Of a DNA stretch of 64,000 bases, positions 60,102-64,000 are shown in pieces. The stretch covers positions 145,437-209,436 of the forward strand of contig JBEIQD010000001.1 of NCBI GenBank assembly GCA_040376695.1. The letters run 5' to 3'. This DNA comes from Candidatus Nomurabacteria bacterium (GTDB lineage: Bacteria > Patescibacteriota > Minisyncoccia > Phycocordibacterales > UBA5272). The translations under genes were made by a program, and so were the position numbers. How positions within the stretch are numbered: the first letter of the stretch is position 1; every line of letters starts with the position of its first letter. The notes under the pieces were generated by a model. That model saw only the letters and a list, made by a program, of their open reading frames with translations, was not told where the DNA came from and searched no databases.

Positions 60102-61577
60102 ATGGACACCTCTCCCGAGCGAATTTTTGAACTACTGCCGAAACTACCGAAACCAGAAAAGGAGCTTATTTCTCGCGCCTGCGTTTTTGCAGAAAAGGCC
60201 CACCGTGGACAAGTACGTAAATCAGGCGAACCTTACTACAACCATGTATTTGCAACAGGATACAATCTTGCAACTCTTAAGATGGATAGTGATACTATCG
60301 CCGCAGGCATCATGCATGATGTACTGGAAGACACAGATGTCACAGAAGAGGAGATGACGGCAGAATTTGGTGAGCACATTACTAAGCTCGTTCAAGGCGT
60401 GACAAAACTCGGTAAGTTACGATATTCAGGAGTGGAGCGTCACGTGGAATCATTACGAAAATTCTTCGTTGCTATGGCAGATGATATTCGTGTGGTGGTT
60501 ATTAAACTCTGCGACAGACTTCACAATATTCAAACACTACAATATGTAGATGCACACAAACAGCATCGTATCGCGCTCGAAACAATAGAACTTCACGCTC
60601 GACTTGCTGACCGTCTTGGTATGGGACGATTAAAAGCTGAACTTGAAGATGCAGCATTCCCGTATGTCTACCCTGAAGAATACAAACAAACGGTTGAACT
60701 CTTTAAATCTCTTCGCCCAATCTCTGATGAGCAGCTTGAAAAAGTGGTAGGGAAACTAGAAGAAGAGCTTTCAATATTCGATGTTCGCATTGAACGTATC
60801 GACTCACGCATCAAACACCTTTATTCGCTCTGGCATAAACTAAAGCGCTATAAAATGGATCAGAGTAAGATTTACGATGTGATTGCCCTTCGTATACTTG
60901 TACCATCACCTTCTGACTGCTACCAAGCTCTTGGGGTCATCCACGGGCTCTACAGACCTGTTCCTGGACGCTTCAAGGACTATATTGCAGTACCTAAACC
61001 AAACGGCTATCGATCGCTCCACACGACTATCTTCTCGGGAGACGGAACAACACTTGAAATTCAGATCAAAACAAAAGACATGCATGAAGAAGCTGAATAC
61101 GGTATTGCTTCTCATTTGTCATACAAAGAAATTGGTAAAGCAAATGGCAACATGACTGAACAGGAAATAAAAAGAAAGATTGGATGGACAAAAGATCTTC
61201 TTGAGTGGCAGAAAGATGTGGAACATCATCAAGAGTTTATGAAGAACTTACGCACTGACTTTTTCGAAAAGCGTGTGTTCGTTCTTACCCCAAAAGGAGA
61301 TGTTATCGACCTTCCAGAAGGATCAACTCCTATTGATTTCGCTTATGCTGTTCACTCAAAAATCGGAGACCACCTCGCGGGCGCCAAAATAAACGGTAAA
61401 CTTGTTCCAATCGATACTACGCTCAAAAACCGCGACGTGATAGAGATCGATGTAAAAGATAGCGCATTCCCAAAACGTAAATGGCTTGAAATGGTGCGCA
61501 CCACTATGGCGAAAAGAAAGATACGCCAATATATCCGCGAGCACGGAGGATTGATTGATAAATTCCTCACAAGATAA
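60102..61577 (+). CDS. RelA/SpoT homologue (HD-SYNTH-TGS, no ACT)
   Basis: RKSGEPY, HDVLED, RFKDY, YRSLH, EIQI, DFAYAVH. Confidence 0.92.
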   Translation: MDTSPERIFELLPKLPKPEKELISRACVFAEKAHRGQVRKSGEPYYNHVFATGYNLATLKMDSDTIAAGIMHDVLEDTDVTEEEMTAEFGEHITKLVQGVTKLGKLRYSGVERHVESLRKFFVAMADDIRVVVIKLCDRLHNIQTLQYVDAHKQHRIALETIELHARLADRLGMGRLKAELEDAAFPYVYPEEYKQTVELFKSLRPISDEQLEKVVGKLEEELSIFDVRIERIDSRIKHLYSLWHKLKRYKMDQSKIYDVIALRILVPSPSDCYQALGVIHGLYRPVPGRFKDYIAVPKPNGYRSLHTTIFSGDGTTLEIQIKTKDMHEEAEYGIASHLSYKEIGKANGNMTEQEIKRKIGWTKDLLEWQKDVEHHQEFMKNLRTDFFEKRVFVLTPKGDVIDLPEGSTPIDFAYAVHSKIGDHLAGAKINGKLVPIDTTLKNRDVIEIDVKDSAFPKRKWLEMVRTTMAKRKIRQYIREHGGLIDKFLTR

Positions 61578-61611
61578 AATAAAAGCGACTCGGTGTGAGT
61601 CGCTTTTATTT
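61577..61611. terminator. Bidirectional terminator
   Basis: AATAAAAGCGACTC-GGTGT-GAGTCGCTTTTATT. Confidence 0.85.
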
Positions 61612-61868
61612 TACTGCATTCTTACAAACGGATATCTCACTACTTCTTTTCCATCGAGTGTAGCTTGCGCAATCCAAGAAACTAGTGAACGATTAAATTT
61701 TACTGCTGCAGCATTCTCATAGAGTGGAACATACTCAACGTGCCATTCATCGCTATCTGAATTAAGTGATATTCCTGTAACAAGATACTCTTTGTCTAGA
61801 TTTTTGTAATGCACATAAATTCCTCCTACTATTGGTGCATCACTTGGGATTTCAAAATATTCACTCAT
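61611..61868 (-). CDS. DUF1653 family protein
   Basis: GIYVHYK..Y.V, VEYVPLY, R...W. Confidence 0.8.
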   Translation of the reverse strand: MSEYFEIPSDAPIVGGIYVHYKNLDKEYLVTGISLNSDSDEWHVEYVPLYENAAAVKFNRSLVSWIAQATLDGKEVVRYPFVRMQ

Positions 61869-61872
61869 ACTT

Positions 61873-63018
61873 TTATAGTGCAAAATTTTTCACATTATAC
61901 AGATCATCATTCTGTTCCTCTTCTTTTACTTCTTGAATTGACCTATCGTCCACAAGCGTATTTGTTGGCTCATAGATAGTATCTTCAATATCTTCTTCAA
62001 TTGCTTCGCTCGATACCTGTGTAGCGGCGCTATCAACTAGTTCACGGACTTCTTCCTGCGTTGCCTGCGGTTGTAGATGAGTTAATTCTTCCTCGGTTAC
62101 GGGGCGAATATGGCGAGGACTTCCTGATTGCTCAGCAAGCGTCTCCATATCTTCTTCTTTCAATCTATCAAACATTCCCTTGTGAGTTTTTGCTTCCCCT
62201 GCTTTTCGTATAGCGATGGAAAGAGCAAGTAGTTCTTCATGAGAAAAGTAATCAATCCAAATACGTCCTCCGCGTTCACGTGGTTCAATTTGAACACGAG
62301 TACCAAGCGTCTCCGCTAGCTTCTCTTCCATATCCACAACATCAGGCGTCATAAACAAATCCTTTTTACGAACCTTTTCAAATGCAATACGTCGCGCAAT
62401 CTGTTCTGCTTCACGAACGGTCATCTTTCGCACCATCATTTCTTTAAACAATGTCATCTGCTCCTGTGGCCTATCAATGAGCATAAGGAGTGGTCGAGTG
62501 TGGCCTTCACTTATCTGTCCTTTTGAAAGCGCATCCAAAATATCCTGAGGAAGCATAAGAATACGCACCGTGTTTGATACGTATTCACGACTCTTGCCCA
62601 TTTTCTTTCCCACCTCTGTCCAATTTAATTTAAATTCATCAGCAAGACGCTGGAATGATTGTGCACGCTCAACAGCATTCAAATCTTCACGCTGAAGGTT
62701 TTCAATGATGGCGAGTTCTAATTTCGCACGACTATCATCTCCTGTGCGAACAACAACTGGCACTTGTGTGACTCCTGCCATTTTTGAAGCACGAAGACGT
62801 CGTTCCCCAGCAATGAGTTCATACTCTACCTTTACTCCACCATCTTCTAGACTTGTTTCCATTCTAGAAACAACAAGCGGCTGAAGTACTCCATACTGAC
62901 GAATACTATCTGAGAGTTCTTTTAGTCTATCTGCATCAAATTCCCGTCGTGGTTGATACGGGTTTGGTACAATCTTATCTGTTTCTATCCAAAAAATTGA
63001 TGTCTCTACGTGTGCCAT
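61873..63018 (-). CDS. parB: ParB/Spo0J partition protein
   Basis: PNPYQPR, IAGERRLRA, IENLQREDL; acidic tail. Confidence 0.93.
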   Translation of the reverse strand: MAHVETSIFWIETDKIVPNPYQPRREFDADRLKELSDSIRQYGVLQPLVVSRMETSLEDGGVKVEYELIAGERRLRASKMAGVTQVPVVVRTGDDSRAKLELAIIENLQREDLNAVERAQSFQRLADEFKLNWTEVGKKMGKSREYVSNTVRILMLPQDILDALSKGQISEGHTRPLLMLIDRPQEQMTLFKEMMVRKMTVREAEQIARRIAFEKVRKKDLFMTPDVVDMEEKLAETLGTRVQIEPRERGGRIWIDYFSHEELLALSIAIRKAGEAKTHKGMFDRLKEEDMETLAEQSGSPRHIRPVTEEELTHLQPQATQEEVRELVDSAATQVSSEAIEEDIEDTIYEPTNTLVDDRSIQEVKEEEQNDDLYNVKNFAL

Positions 63019-63103
63019 ACTCTTTTATCTGCTGAGTATACCATGTCGAGAAATATGATTATTAGATTTGTGGATTGTGTGCGGTTACTATAGAATCAAC
63101 ACT

Positions 63104-63952
63104 ATGAACCACTTTCTACGTAAGAAAAAACTGTACTTCGCCTGCGGCCTTGGTCTAGTTGTTATCATAATTCTATTGAGATTAACGTGGAACCCAATTG
63201 GAGAAGCGTTGATTGAAAATGAAAAAGTCCAACAGGTAGTTACAACTATTAAGGACACACTCGACAAAGACCCGGTTCTCTTTGAATACGTACAAGTAAA
63301 TGAAAGCTGTGGACCGGCATACGAAGGAATTTGTGTAAACGTGAGATCTGGAGCAAGTACACAATCTCCTGTTGTATTTCAAGCGAGAAATGGAACTGTT
63401 TTTAAAGTACAAGGTAAAGTCACAGCAGAAAACAGAGAGTGGTATCAACTTTCCTTTGATGATGAGTGGCTACGATACCCTGAGCGTGTAGAGGGTGATA
63501 TGTATATATCCGAGGAGTATGTTACTTCTTTTTTAGACGAAGGGGCTAAAGAAATCACCTCGACAACAACCAAAACAATTAAACATATTATAGTAGATAG
63601 AAGTGAGCAAACCTTGTATGCATATGAAGGTGATATTCTCTTTATGAAAGAAAAAGTTTCAACAGGAATAGAGCTGACACCTACCCCGCGCGGCACCTTT
63701 ACTGTTTTTAAAAAGACACCGAGTAGATACATGCAAGGACCTATTCCAAACATAAGTGATCATTACTACGACTTACCTGGTGTTCCTTGGAATTTATATT
63801 TCACAGAAGAAGGTGCTGTTATCCATGGCGCATATTGGCACAACAGCTTTGGAAAAGTTTGGTCAAACGGCTGTGTTAACCTTCCAATTGCAAGTGCAGA
63901 AAAACTATATCGATGGGCAGACCTTGGCACTAAAGTGTTAGTAAGAGATTAG
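63104..63952 (+). CDS. L,D-transpeptidase (YkuD) with SH3-like domain
   Basis: VSTG..TPRG, IHGAYWH..SNGCVN; VNVRSG. Confidence 0.9.
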   Translation: MNHFLRKKKLYFACGLGLVVIIILLRLTWNPIGEALIENEKVQQVVTTIKDTLDKDPVLFEYVQVNESCGPAYEGICVNVRSGASTQSPVVFQARNGTVFKVQGKVTAENREWYQLSFDDEWLRYPERVEGDMYISEEYVTSFLDEGAKEITSTTTKTIKHIIVDRSEQTLYAYEGDILFMKEKVSTGIELTPTPRGTFTVFKKTPSRYMQGPIPNISDHYYDLPGVPWNLYFTEEGAVIHGAYWHNSFGKVWSNGCVNLPIASAEKLYRWADLGTKVLVRD

Positions 63953-63988
63953 AAAAAGAGCTATACAAGTTTGTATAGCTCTTTTTCT
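63951..63988 (+). terminator. Terminator
   Basis: AAAAAGAGCTATACAA-GT-TTGTATAGCTCTTTTT. Confidence 0.85.
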
Positions 63989-64000
63989 CTGTTTGTGCCG

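Overview
This is core chromosome of a reduced-genome bacterium, inferred to be Patescibacteria/CPR (Parcubacteria-like). The inference rests on shortened IF2, RF2, SMC, ATP synthase delta and RSH, a NUDIX-inserted LeuRS, a sigma-4/HARE-HTH protein and CCA-less tRNAs. The genetic code is standard code 11. The window holds about 60 CDS: ftsEX, prfB, rpsP-khpA-trmD, rnr, smc, a split F1Fo atp operon, a Fur/ZIP/YibEF metal locus, mnmA, mltG, leuS, msrA/msrB, clpB, sod, iscS, infB-rbfA, dprA-topA, rsh and parB. It also holds 7 tRNAs and many bidirectional terminators. The left about 5 kb is an AT-rich island at the 3' end of tRNA-Gln, encoding an Avs2-like antiviral STAND NTPase that appears to lack its N-terminal effector domain and is flanked by small membrane proteins. 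The main cross-window pattern is two gene classes. Housekeeping genes look leaderless (TGn-TAnnnT 6-10 nt before ATG, no Shine-Dalgarno). About ten dispersed stand-alone orphan cassettes carry leaders with GGAG Shine-Dalgarno sites, and several share a CRATTGTTCWACT motif. All family assignments come from motif recognition by eye, not database searches.
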